Shown here: positions 18,880 through 28,277 of the stretch, piece after piece | Numbering within the stretch: position 1 is the first letter of the stretch | How the letters are laid out: every line of letters starts with the position of its first letter | From: Promethearchaeia archaeon | GTDB taxonomy: Archaea; Asgardarchaeota; Lokiarchaeia; Sigyniarchaeales; SOKP01 | Reading direction: 5' to 3' | Assembly (NCBI GenBank): GCA_029856145.1 | Contig: JAHQWK010000015.1 | Span: 1 to 33,044, forward strand | DNA length: 33,044 bases | Notes under the pieces: model-generated | Databases searched by the model: none | Told to the model about the DNA's origin: nothing | What the model saw: the letters and a program-made list of their open reading frames with translations, nothing else | Program-made: the position numbers and the translations under genes

Positions 18880-19431
18880 TTAAGGCATTTGAACGGAGCT
18901 ATTCTCTTTATATTTGTTCTGTAATACTTCAATTATTGCTCTGAACGCGCTTTCAACATTTTGGCCAGTCTTAGCCGATGTACGGTAATAATCAATAAAA
19001 GCGTTCTTTTTAATAAATTTTAGAATCTTCTCGTCATTTAATTTACTCTCATCAACTAAATCAATTTTGTTACCAAAAAGGACAATAGGTATATCTCCGC
19101 AAAATTTTTTAATTTCTTTATACCAATCAGTAACATTCTTAAAACTGTCTCTACCAAAATCATTTTCCTCAAGAGAAAATACAACTATCGATGCTACGCT
19201 TGATTTATAAAAAGCAGGTCGTAGGAAATGAAATTCATCTTGACCAGCTATATCCCAGAAAAATAATTCCCAACGATCACATTCTCTATCTTCAATATAT
19301 TCAGAAAACTGTGCTCCTATAGTCTTAATATATTCTTCTTGAAAACTTCCTTGAGTGAATTTTCTTATTAACGAAGTTTTTCCTACGAAACCATCTCCAA
19401 TAACAGTTATCTTAAATTTGAATTTACTCAT
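18880..19431 (-). CDS. Rab-like small GTPase
   Basis: GDGFVGKTS, TIGAQF, WDIAGQDEF, NKID and TSAKTG. Confidence 0.92.
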   Translation of the reverse strand: MSKFKFKITVIGDGFVGKTSLIRKFTQGSFQEEYIKTIGAQFSEYIEDRECDRWELFFWDIAGQDEFHFLRPAFYKSSVASIVVFSLEENDFGRDSFKNVTDWYKEIKKFCGDIPIVLFGNKIDLVDESKLNDEKILKFIKKNAFIDYYRTSAKTGQNVESAFRAIIEVLQNKYKENSSVQMP

Positions 19432-19516
19432 TAAATTACTTTTTAAATAGAAATGTCACCTACTTATAAATATCAATTGTATTTTAATAAATAAATTTCT
19501 ATTATAAGGAATTATT

Positions 19517-20311
19517 ATGGTTGCAATAAAAGAAAGTAGAATGGAAGTTTTATTTGGCTTTTTTGGAGCATTATTTATTTTAATAATTCTGCCAATAACT
19601 ATACTTCTTACTCCGGGATATAGTCCTTTAGAAATGACTGTAAGTATGTTAGGGGAAGGGGAAGCAAAAACATTATTTAGCATCGGTTTTGTTGTATGTG
19701 GTTCATTATTAATCCCTTTTTATATTTACCTGGAAAGAGAATTAGTAAATATACAAGAAAATATTAGAAGACTTGCTACAGGAGTTTCTATTTTTACTAA
19801 TGTGTGCATAGCTCTGGTTGGAATAATTCCAGATGAAACATATAAAACAGCTTTCGGTGCATTTCATACTTTTGTGGCTCTAGTTAGTTTTATTGGATCT
19901 TCTATCTATATTGTATTGTATAGTATATTAATGTACCAAGGTCCTAAGTCTAAAATGTATAAAGGTCCGGCATTTAAAAAATATTTAGCATATTATGGCT
20001 TTCTTGTAGGATTTATGTTTGTATTATTTTTCACCACACAACATCCGTTAGTAGAATGGATATTATCAATTCTCATAATTACTTGGGTTTTAATTACAGC
20101 AATACAATGTATTTCATTGAAATTTTCTAAGATCCCTGGAGTATATTATAAACGATCTCAATATCCTGAAGCATTAAAACTATTTGAAGACGCAATTCAG
20201 GTTTTAGAAAAAGTTGAATTGGGAGATGAGCCTATAATGGAGACTCTTAAAGAAAACATTGAATTTATTAAAAGTGAAATGGAAAAAAAACCAATTAAAT
20301 CAAATCACTAA
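19517..20311 (+). CDS. DUF998-like multi-pass membrane protein with a C-terminal TPR-like helical hairpin
   Basis: PGYSPLEMTVSMLG, LVGIIP and a conserved His (FHTFVA). The tail is GVYYKRSQYPEALKLFEDAIQV. Confidence 0.65.
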   Translation: MVAIKESRMEVLFGFFGALFILIILPITILLTPGYSPLEMTVSMLGEGEAKTLFSIGFVVCGSLLIPFYIYLERELVNIQENIRRLATGVSIFTNVCIALVGIIPDETYKTAFGAFHTFVALVSFIGSSIYIVLYSILMYQGPKSKMYKGPAFKKYLAYYGFLVGFMFVLFFTTQHPLVEWILSILIITWVLITAIQCISLKFSKIPGVYYKRSQYPEALKLFEDAIQVLEKVELGDEPIMETLKENIEFIKSEMEKKPIKSNH

Positions 20312-20385
20312 GAGAATATTCCCTCTAAAAAATGTATGATAAATTGAAATTGCTAAGAAAATTGAGTATAATACTTATCTTGCCT

Positions 20386-21249
20386 TTATTTCTTGTCGTT
20401 AGAATAGTACTTAAATAAGAAATCTAATGCTCTGGGAATCTGCCAAGCTTCTGCGGGTTCATTTTCATATTCTGGTAATTCTATTTCTTCTGGTCCCTTT
20501 TCTTCGGAAATTACCTTCAGTACATTTTTTCTTAAATTTTTCATAAAAGCTAGTTGTTCTTTTATATATTCTTTACCGACTACTGGTCCGTGTCCGGGTA
20601 TAACAGCTTTAATATCGAGGTTTAACATATGTTCAAATGAACTTATCCAGCCTTCGAAATCTTCTGTTGGATCACTAATAAATGGCCAGAATCCAGCAGC
20701 TATTAAGTCACCTGAAAATAATACCTTCTCTTCTGAAAAATAAGCATAAGAAGAACATCCAGTATGTCCTCCTGAATGGTAAAATTCTACATTCAAACCA
20801 TTATCATTTATAACACGCTTGTTTTCAAATCCATTTGTTGGAATGATGATTTCAATTTCATCAATCAATTCTGCTAATTCTGGTTCTTCTTTTTTCCATT
20901 CATTAAAGGCTTCCTTTGTCCAATTTTTTTCTTTTCTCTTCTTAATATTCTCAAATAAGGTAGAAGAACCAAAAATTTCAACATCTTTGAATGGAGCAAC
21001 ACCAAAAAGATGATCTGCATGGTAGTGAGTAATGAAAAGATATTTTACCGGTAAAGCATATTTCTTTTCTAATTTTTCTTTAAATTCTTTTGCTTATCTT
21101 GGATACATTAGAGTATCAATAACGATGATAAAATTATTTAATATAATTGCTCCTGCATTTAGATCGAAATAATCTTTAAAATTAACAATTATAGTACGTG
21201 GTGTCACTTCCTCAAGCTTTATGGATAATATTGTTGTTATTTTATTCAT
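20386..21249 (-). pseudogene. Metallo-beta-lactamase-fold hydrolase with one in-frame TAA (21094-21096)
   Basis: The frame of the 160-aa track ORF extends to an ATG at 21249: ...NAGAII...VIDTLMYPR*AKEF...FITHYHADHLFG. GGHT, FSGDL and IPGHG follow downstream. Confidence 0.85.
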
Positions 21250-21385
21250 ATTAGTCACCTTGTTAAAAATTAAGAAAATTGAATAGTATTTATAGATACA
21301 TATCTAAATAAAATATTTTTAAGGATATTATAACTAATTTTCCACACTGTTTTCACTTAAATTACATGAAAATTTCTGGAACACG

Positions 21386-21613
21386 ATGACATCCAATTTT
21401 ATTATCAAGGATCAGGATTCCTATGAACCTGTAAGTATAGTAAAATGTTATTATATGAGTGATAACAAAAAAATCGTGTTCGTAAAATTACCTTACGGAA
21501 AAGTTATTTGCCTTCCTAAAACGACTATTCAATCTGAATTTTCAAAGGATAAAAATCTCTTACAAGACTTTATCATCGATGATTGGATTTTGAGAAAATT
21601 CGGTTTGATTTAA
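21386..21613 (+). CDS. Small hypothetical protein, paralogous to the C-domain of 14661..15371
   Basis: LPKTTIQSEFSKDKNLLQDFIIDDWILRK aligns with IPKSKIHSGFDNTKNLVQNFSIDSWILSK. Confidence 0.75.
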   Translation: MTSNFIIKDQDSYEPVSIVKCYYMSDNKKIVFVKLPYGKVICLPKTTIQSEFSKDKNLLQDFIIDDWILRKFGLI

Positions 21614-22029
21614 TCTTTGGTTTACTATCCTTTCCCATCGATAAACAATAGGATGAAAAAAATAGAGCAAATACTAATAATAAGTAAAATAATCCCAAGG
21701 AATAAATCGATCAGAATAAAATAAGAATAAAAAATAAAATAAAAAAAATTATTTAGCTATACTTTGAAAAGCGAATCCAACATTCTTTATAATTATTTGA
21801 GCATTTTCTTTTTTTTTCATTTTTTTTACCTCTTTTTTAGAGTTTTTTTATTAATTTTAATATAGATAAGCTTCGTTTTATAGTTTTTATTGCGAAACTT
21901 TTCTCTAAGTTCGAATCTCTTTAAAAGTTTCAGAATATAGTCTACAAAATCTTCTATTTGAGATTCTTTAATAAAGAGATTTAATAATCTAAAAAATGAG
22001 ATATATAAAGTTTAAAACTTATAATTCAG

Positions 22030-22572
22030 ATGTATTTAAATATAAATGAGAAAAAAATGGAAGATTCATTAAAGCGTTGGTTAGCTGATCATCATATTCG
22101 GTATGTTTTACACACTCACCCTGCAGTATTCACTGTACCTGAGGCAAGTGTACATTGTGGACATATCCCAGGAACTCATTGTAAGAATTTATTTCTCAAA
22201 AATAAGAAATCTGGACAACTATATTTAGTCACCATGCCTTATGGAAAGCGTCTGGATTTAAATCAATTCCGTAGAATGATAGGTGCTCCAAAAATTCGCT
22301 TTGCTGAACTTGAAGATCTTTCTAATGTATTAGGTATTACCCCCGGCGCTGTATCTCCGATGGGATTAATAAATGATACCAATAATAAGGTAATTTTCAT
22401 TATTGATGAACTTGTATGGAATGCAGAAGAGATTTGTTGCCATCCAAACATTAACACTGAAACTTTACAAATTCTTGGTCCAGATTTCCGAAAATTAATA
22501 AAAGCAACTAGAACTTCTATGGAAATAAAAAAACTTCCATATTTAATTTCTAATGGCCCCTGTAAGGAATGA
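22030..22572 (+). CDS. YbaK/ProX-family aminoacyl-tRNA deacylase (prolyl-tRNA editing)
   Basis: HPAVFTV, KNLFLK, LGITPGAVSPMGL and HPNINTET. The start may be 22057. Confidence 0.92.
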   Translation: MYLNINEKKMEDSLKRWLADHHIRYVLHTHPAVFTVPEASVHCGHIPGTHCKNLFLKNKKSGQLYLVTMPYGKRLDLNQFRRMIGAPKIRFAELEDLSNVLGITPGAVSPMGLINDTNNKVIFIIDELVWNAEEICCHPNINTETLQILGPDFRKLIKATRTSMEIKKLPYLISNGPCKE

Positions 22573-22593
22573 TATTGTAAGACTTGGTTTTAT

Positions 22594-22884
22594 TTAATTT
22601 TCTTCATTAATTAACTCATTAAGGTGCAATAAACTGTCATATACAGCCTTTCCTTTTTCTGTAAGTCCAATATATTCTTGTCCATTATTCTTTTCAAGAT
22701 TAATTAATTTTGATTCCATTAATTTATCTTTAATGCGTAAATAGGAATTGTAATTACTAAAATCGGTTAGTATTCTATAGAACTCCCCTTTTTCAGCTTT
22801 ATACTCTTTAAATTGTGAAAGGACCTGGAAAGTATTAAAAAACCCTCGTTTATTTAAAACTAAATATAACTCCTCGAAGCTCAT
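22594..22884 (-). CDS. Small winged-helix protein
   Basis: C-terminal wing motif YIGLTEKGKAV, 96 aa. Confidence 0.65.
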   Translation of the reverse strand: MSFEELYLVLNKRGFFNTFQVLSQFKEYKAEKGEFYRILTDFSNYNSYLRIKDKLMESKLINLEKNNGQEYIGLTEKGKAVYDSLLHLNELINEEN

Positions 22885-22999
22885 ATTATATCCCCATTCA
22901 ATAAATATATTCTTATGAAGTCATATGAAAATATAGTACTTATTTATGTTTGCATATTTTTGTCGGATCGTGAATATTAAATCATTGCAGAAAATTTTA

Positions 23000-23103
23000 G
23001 CTCATGGACGGACTCCTCCTCATCTTGCCTTAAAACATCCAAACACTACCATCACCCCTCCTTAACCCTCTTACCCCAAGTCTGAACCATAAGCTCCTCT
23101 TTC
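23000..23103. repeat. Dispersed intergenic repeat, copy A (long, diverged)
   Basis: gctcatggacggactcc...tccaaacact...aagtctgaaccataagctcctctttc matches copy F (gctcatgaacatactcc...tccaaatact...aagcctgaacctttggttcctctttc) in three collinear blocks. Confidence 0.75.
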
Positions 23104-23335
23104 ATATAATTGCTTTGCTCTTCCAAAAATCGTATCATTGATTTTTGATATATGGCTATTAAAATATAATAAAATAAAAATATTAATTTGTCTTTAAAGG
23201 GCTAAATTTTTCATACAAAGGAAATAACTCGAAATTGTTAAAAAAAGGCCACTAGATAAAATGGAAAAAGAAAAAAAGAATTACGTAATTTAGTCTCGGA
23301 AAAAAAAGGAAAGATAAATATTAAAAAATAAAGTT

Positions 23336-23369
23336 AACCCTGAATATACTCCTTCATGATTTCATCTCA
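23336..23369. repeat. Dispersed intergenic repeat, copy B (short, diverged)
   Basis: A-tract, then aaccctgaatatactccttcatgatttcatctca. It abuts the stop codon of 23370..23750. Confidence 0.6.
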
Positions 23370-23750
23370 TTATTTTAGCAAAGCATTACGAGCCTTTTCT
23401 AAGTTATCTACCCCGAGAACTATTCTGTTATTCTCAGCAAAATAGATTAGGTCAATATTAACCCCTGCATCACCTATCACCCGAGCCATCTTCCCCCCTG
23501 TACCCGGTTTTTTCACAATATGACCGATATCCATAACGAGTACTTCACGTACGGCACGTACTTCAAAACCAGAGTCTTCGAGTGCCCAGCGCGTTGTTTC
23601 TTCATCTTCAACTAAAATGTGAACTACAGCTTCGTTTTTTAGCGGAAATCCACATAGGCCTTCCATATTAATGCCCATTTTGCCTAGGACCTCCCCCATA
23701 TCAGCTAAAGTACCCGGTTGATTTTTTAAAATAACAGTTAAATCCTTCAT
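23370..23750 (-). CDS. ACT-domain (amino-acid-binding) protein
   Basis: Two ACT-like units, NQPGTLA..LG..GINME and KPGTGG....IGDAGVNIDLIY. GGAGG ribosome-binding site upstream. Confidence 0.88.
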   Translation of the reverse strand: MKDLTVILKNQPGTLADMGEVLGKMGINMEGLCGFPLKNEAVVHILVEDEETTRWALEDSGFEVRAVREVLVMDIGHIVKKPGTGGKMARVIGDAGVNIDLIYFAENNRIVLGVDNLEKARNALLK

Positions 23751-23899
23751 TTTTTTATTCCTCCAATTTCTATTATTTTATTTATTAAATCAAATCTTAT
23801 TTCGTTATCATGGGATTGCTTTCCAATGCTTAAATATGTCTTTTCCCTATTTAAGCTTTCTTTAAAATTTTACTCACACTTTTGGGAGTATAAGTAGGA

Positions 23900-23989
23900 A
23901 TGAAAGAAGCCTTTATTGCCTTAATACTTCCATTTATCCCGTGGATCATTTATATCATATTTGGAATTATGCTTGAAATGATGAACTAA
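23900..23989 (+). CDS. Putative 29-aa single-pass membrane peptide
   Basis: MKEAFIALILPFIPWIIYIIFGIMLEMMN*, with purine-rich GGAG/AGGA upstream. Confidence 0.3.
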   Translation: MKEAFIALILPFIPWIIYIIFGIMLEMMN

Positions 23990-24050
23990 GAAAAAGAAAT
24001 TTAAGAAAATAAATAAAGTAAAAATAGTAACTATATTTTTTTTTAAAATC

Positions 24051-24542
24051 TTAAGAATATAACTTCTTTACATACGATCTTAACGTTTCAATATTTTCAA
24101 AGTAAAATAAGCTTTCTTCCTCCCTAAAAAAAGGCGTTAATAAGCCTCCTCTTTTTAAGACCTCTGTAATTTCTACATCTTTTAATACAAATACTTTTGT
24201 CTTTTCAAAAAATTCCTTAAAGGAGAGGATAATTCCCATTTCAATCATGTGACCTCCTTTATCGTGTTCTATGATCATGATGATTTCATTCGAAAATTTT
24301 GCAATAAGATCAAATTTTAAAATCAGATTCTCAAGGTGAGTACGTCTAAATTCATTTTCAAAAAATCCAAGGTTATTTTCAATGGCATTTACAATCTTTT
24401 GCACTTCCTGTAGAGTAATGAAAGTTTCTTCACTATAAGAACCACATATAAAGATCTTGTTTTTCTTTAAATCATAAACGGAAAAAATACTAGTAAATTC
24501 ATCTAAAAAATCATCCCATGCATTATCATGTGAAACTTGCAT
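24051..24542 (-). CDS. Nucleoside deoxyribosyltransferase (NDT)-like fold protein
   Basis: KIFICGSY strand-loop and IIMIIEHDKGGHMIEMG (G-x3-E-x-G catalytic-Glu pattern). Confidence 0.55.
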   Translation of the reverse strand: MQVSHDNAWDDFLDEFTSIFSVYDLKKNKIFICGSYSEETFITLQEVQKIVNAIENNLGFFENEFRRTHLENLILKFDLIAKFSNEIIMIIEHDKGGHMIEMGIILSFKEFFEKTKVFVLKDVEITEVLKRGGLLTPFFREEESLFYFENIETLRSYVKKLYS

Positions 24543-24611
24543 TCTCTTTTCCCAATTTTTATAAAATGATTTAGAAATTCATTTATCTTATAAATTATTA
24601 TATATCAATAA

Positions 24612-24638
24612 TAATTGACTCAATTAATTTTGAGTTAA
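24612..24638. promoter_or_regulatory. Overlapping inverted repeats in a divergent promoter; candidate operator
   Basis: taattga-c-tcaatta (24612-24626) overlaps actcaa-N6-ttgagt (24618-24635), between the NDT-like gene and the ArsR-like gene. Confidence 0.45.
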
Positions 24639-24714
24639 ATTTAAATAGTTAATTATGCATATTTAGCATGGAATTAGATGAAAAACTAAATATAAATAAA
24701 AGGAGGTAAATGAT

Positions 24715-25056
24715 TTGGAAACTCCTAAAAAACTTGAAAATATGAGGAAAGAATTGGGAATCATATCAGAGAAAACACGGTATAAAATATTACTTACATT
24801 ATTAGCTAGTGAAAAGTCTCTCTCATTCAGTCGATTGAAGGAATTATTACCATCAATTCCAGAAAATAACTTGATTTATCATCTTAATATCCTTAAAGAA
24901 AGTAATTTTATTAATAATGAGAAAAGAATGGGATACAAGCGGTCCGAACCTCGCTCTTTTTATTCACTTAGTAAAAAATCGATTGAATTGCTAAGAAATC
25001 TTGGATTAACAGCTGTAAAGGAAGAATTTCAAGCTTTATTCAAGCAAATGACTTAA
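24715..25056 (+). CDS. ArsR-like winged-helix transcriptional regulator
   Basis: TRYKILLTL..LSFSRLKE..NLIYHLNILKESNFI..FYSLS. AGGAGGT lies 7 nt before the TTG. Confidence 0.85.
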   Translation: METPKKLENMRKELGIISEKTRYKILLTLLASEKSLSFSRLKELLPSIPENNLIYHLNILKESNFINNEKRMGYKRSEPRSFYSLSKKSIELLRNLGLTAVKEEFQALFKQMT

Positions 25057-25297
25057 TTTTGTTTATTATTATGAATGTAGGAATTTTATTTGATATTAAT
25101 TTTATTATATCACCTTTTCCTATAGAAAAAAGATTACTTTGGTTGTAAATTAATTCTGGCCATGTAAAGACTTAACAATTTTGTCCGATTTATCTGGTTT
25201 TTATGAATATTTATATAAAAATGTTAGATATAAATAAATATTAGAATTTCAAACTTAACTATTCAAATTATTATAATTAAATTTTGAGGTTTTAAAA

Positions 25298-25840
25298 ATG
25301 AAAAGAAATGATCTAATTCTATCAGGGATTCTCTTATTAGGGGTATTAATCATTACTATACTCATTGAAATCGTAAATTTCTTACTTAATAATCTACTTT
25401 TATATGGTGCTGATTTGATGAATGGACATGTTGCTATGATTGCTGAACTTAACAATGCTAACTTAATATTGTTTACTGCACTAATCATGAGCTTATTTAT
25501 TTTACTTCCCATTTTAATAATTACTACTGGATTTGAAATTAGGAATCTTTTAAAAAGAGGAGAATCTAAAATATACTTAATCTTTAATGTAATTATAGAT
25601 GGCTTATTAATTCTAAGTATCTTTATAATTTTCCTAGTGCTTGATCCACTCAGAGGAATAGCTTCATTTCCATGGGCTCCTTTTTCCGCCCCTGATATTG
25701 CTGCCGCCGTAATAGAACAAACAACTATTTATAATATCCCTACATTGCTATTCGTAATTGGTATGACCCCCGTTGCAATTGCTTCATTCATACTCAAGTT
25801 TAGAGCACTTAGAAAAGAAAAAAATGCTCCAAAATCTTAA
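25298..25840 (+). CDS. Hypothetical membrane protein (about 4 TM)
   Basis: Four hydrophobic segments; GAGGT upstream of the ATG. Confidence 0.75.
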   Translation: MKRNDLILSGILLLGVLIITILIEIVNFLLNNLLLYGADLMNGHVAMIAELNNANLILFTALIMSLFILLPILIITTGFEIRNLLKRGESKIYLIFNVIIDGLLILSIFIIFLVLDPLRGIASFPWAPFSAPDIAAAVIEQTTIYNIPTLLFVIGMTPVAIASFILKFRALRKEKNAPKS

Positions 25841-25854
25841 TTTTTTTTTTTTTT
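25841..25854 (+). terminator. T-tract, archaeal-type intrinsic terminator
   Basis: 14 consecutive T directly after the stop codon. Confidence 0.55.
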
Positions 25855-26040
25855 ATAGAAGTCGAATATAGTGAATCCGAACTGTATAAAACAAGGTATT
25901 TCCTCAAGGAATTTACTCCCATTTCCTAAGTTTTAATGATGATTAGGAGTTTATAATAAGAATAAAAAATAAGTTTTTTAACAATAAAACGTCAAGTTCG
26001 TAATAAAAAAAATTAGAAATATAAAAAGGAAAAAACCTCT

Positions 26041-26082
26041 GCTCAAGAACATACCCCATCTTTCTCGTCTCATCTCAAACCT
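26041..26082. repeat. Dispersed intergenic repeat, copy C
   Basis: A-tract, then gctcaagaacataccccatctttctcgtctcatctcaaacct. Confidence 0.85.
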
Positions 26083-26206
26083 GACTCGTGTTATAAAAGT
26101 TATGAAAAAATCTTAGAAAGATTAGCAATTTAATTAATAAATTAATTATAACTTCAATATATAGGGTTATGAGAATTAATGCAAACTAAATACCACATAT
26201 AAATCC

Positions 26207-27001
26207 ATGTCAACAATTTATTTTACCGAGAATCCAGATAGAAAAAGATTTGTAGCGTCGTTAATATCAAGGTTTAGAAATAATATCAAAGAAAAGGTTC
26301 TTATAAAAGTAAATCTTGTTTCATATAACCCATACCCTACCACAACTCATCCTGAAATGATTGAAGCGGTGTATGATCAAATTAAATCTAACGCTTCAGA
26401 AATTATTTGTGGGGATGGTCATAGCATAGGTTTACCTGCAAAAAAAATAGAAAATCATCCAATTATAGAAAAATGTAAAGAATTAGGTATTCCTTTCATA
26501 AATTTTTATGAACATTCTTTTAAAAAAGTAAAAAGTCCTCGAGGATTTACATTAAAAGTTTCAGAAATCCCATTTCAGCAGGATTTTATAATTTCTCTTC
26601 CAATTTTAAAGGATCACTTTACTGTAAAACTTACTAATGCTCTGAAAGATAAATTTGGATATTTAACAAGGGCCGAACGATTAAAAATGCACTCCAAAAT
26701 CAAAAACATTAATAAAGGAATTGCTGAATTAAACACTGTATTTAAATCTAATTTAATTATTTGCGATGCTTTGAAAGTCTTAGTAAAGGCTCAAGAATTT
26801 AGACATGGTGGAAAAGAAAAAAATTTAGGCTATCTTTTTGCAGGAACAGATCCTATTGCCTTAGATTATCACGGTTATAAGTTATTGCGCCCAATTTCGA
26901 TAACAATGAAAAATATAGATAATCCACTACAAATAAAATACATAAAATATGCTTTGGATTATGGAGTTGGGTCCAAGGATTATAAATTGGAAGAAATTTA
27001 A
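26207..27001 (+). CDS. DUF362-domain protein
   Basis: VLIKVNLV, TTTHPE, IISLPILKDH, TNALKDKFG and AGTDPIALD. Confidence 0.85.
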   Translation: MSTIYFTENPDRKRFVASLISRFRNNIKEKVLIKVNLVSYNPYPTTTHPEMIEAVYDQIKSNASEIICGDGHSIGLPAKKIENHPIIEKCKELGIPFINFYEHSFKKVKSPRGFTLKVSEIPFQQDFIISLPILKDHFTVKLTNALKDKFGYLTRAERLKMHSKIKNINKGIAELNTVFKSNLIICDALKVLVKAQEFRHGGKEKNLGYLFAGTDPIALDYHGYKLLRPISITMKNIDNPLQIKYIKYALDYGVGSKDYKLEEI

Positions 27002-27192
27002 TTGCTTCAATGTGATATAATCATTTACCCGGAATCTGTTTACAGGAGTCATTTTAAATACCATACTAAGCTATAAATACCCAAATTTCTTTCCTAATCT
27101 TTAAAGACCTAAAGATTTAACAAAAAATTATAAAAAAAAAGTCAAATCTAGATCATGAACTTAAAATAAAAAGATATAAAAATAAAAATTCT

Positions 27193-27243
27193 GCTCTAGA
27201 ACATACTCCACCCCTTCTCTTCTCTCAAACCTCTCCAAATACT
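27193..27243. repeat. Dispersed intergenic repeat, copy D
   Basis: A-tract, then gctctagaacatactccaccccttctcttctctcaaacctctccaaatact. It ends 9 nt from the stop of 27253..27744. Confidence 0.88.
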
Positions 27244-27252
27244 GAGAATGAA

Positions 27253-27744
27253 TTAATATTGTGATAAGAAATCCTCAACATCCTTTATGAAGTGCATTGT
27301 TCCTTTCTCTATTTGCCTAGTTAATGCATCTAAATCTCGAAAATCTGGATTGTCAACTAAAACATATTCTACAACAGAATCAATCCCTTTTATACTCGAT
27401 GGAATTTTATATTTATCCCAACATTTTTCCCTAACTAAATCCCAGTATTCTTTCTGAACAGTTTTATTGTATCCTCCCAACCATACTTCAAACCTGAATT
27501 CCTTATGCAGATATACAATTGCAATCTTCAATTTTCGATCTTTCAATAAAGGTGGGTTGACAGCGAAATACGTCATATCCATATATCCAAAATAAATACC
27601 TGACACAGCGTAATTAGGATATTTCTTTTTAAAATATGATCTCAATGATCCAAAATATTCCATTAATCCTCGATAAGCTTTCTGAATTGTCCCTTTCATT
27701 AGCTGGTTTCGATATTCAATCATATTGTCATGAAATGATACCAT
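27253..27744 (-). CDS. Conserved hypothetical protein (DUF7000-like, from recall)
   Basis: IQKAYRGLMEY, YFGYMDMTYF, LKIAIV and FEVWLGGYNK. Confidence 0.7.
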   Translation of the reverse strand: MVSFHDNMIEYRNQLMKGTIQKAYRGLMEYFGSLRSYFKKKYPNYAVSGIYFGYMDMTYFAVNPPLLKDRKLKIAIVYLHKEFRFEVWLGGYNKTVQKEYWDLVREKCWDKYKIPSSIKGIDSVVEYVLVDNPDFRDLDALTRQIEKGTMHFIKDVEDFLSQY

Positions 27745-27887
27745 ATATACAAATTGTGTTCAATACCTTTTATTTAATTGCATTAAATTATTTACACCGA
27801 GGAGTTAAGATTCACTGAATTTTCATGGAAATCAGACTCTGAATTTCCTTTTTCATGAAAAAAAAGAAAAAGATATATAAAAATAAT

Positions 27888-27935
27888 ACTCAAGAACATA
27901 CTCCATCCATACCATCTCAGATCGCTCCAGACGCC
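27888..27935. repeat. Dispersed intergenic repeat, copy E
   Basis: A-tract, then actcaagaacatactccatccataccatctcagatcgctccagacgcc. It ends about 20 nt from the stop of 27957..28277. Confidence 0.85.
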
Positions 27936-27956
27936 ATTCTCATTCATAAGTTCCAG

Positions 27957-28277
27957 TTATTTCCTATTAGCATTTAATATTGTATTTATTTCATTCCCAA
28001 TTTTGCGTAACTTCTCATTATTTTCTTCATCATACTTTCGGTCTCTCTCAACTGGCAACCGAAGGCACATCCCAATATCTTCATGAAGAATTAAATCGAA
28101 TTCAAAATCATTACTCTTATAAAAATTCATAATTGAACAAATACCAACAACATGTTCTAATAACTCTGCTATACCATTATTTTTAATAATATCCGCTATG
28201 CGATTAAACTTTAGATAAGTTTTATAACAGATATACAATCCATCACTAAATTCCGATTCAAACATTTTAATTTTCAA
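27957..28277 (-). CDS. Hypothetical protein
   Basis: 106-aa ORF with a GGTGA ribosome-binding site before the TTG; no recognised motif. Confidence 0.65.
   Translation of the reverse strand: MKIKMFESEFSDGLYICYKTYLKFNRIADIIKNNGIAELLEHVVGICSIMNFYKSNDFEFDLILHEDIGMCLRLPVERDRKYDEENNEKLRKIGNEINTILNANRK

Noticed and set aside
11187-21249. Genome-wide reassignment of TAA, suggested by four in-frame TAA codons in two genes
   Set aside because: TAA is the normal terminator of most intact genes here (nrdD, panB, ilvE and others), and the interrupted positions imply different amino acids.
21573-21820. Possible frameshifted small membrane-protein gene on the minus strand (GAGGT, then MKKKENAQ...)
   Set aside because: It requires a frameshift in low-complexity T-rich sequence and overlaps the 3' end of 21386..21613. 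There is no recognisable family.
25903-25923. Possible seventh repeat copy (ctcaaggaatttactcccatt)
   Set aside because: It needs an indel plus several mismatches and lacks the downstream CATCTCA block, so it cannot be told from chance.
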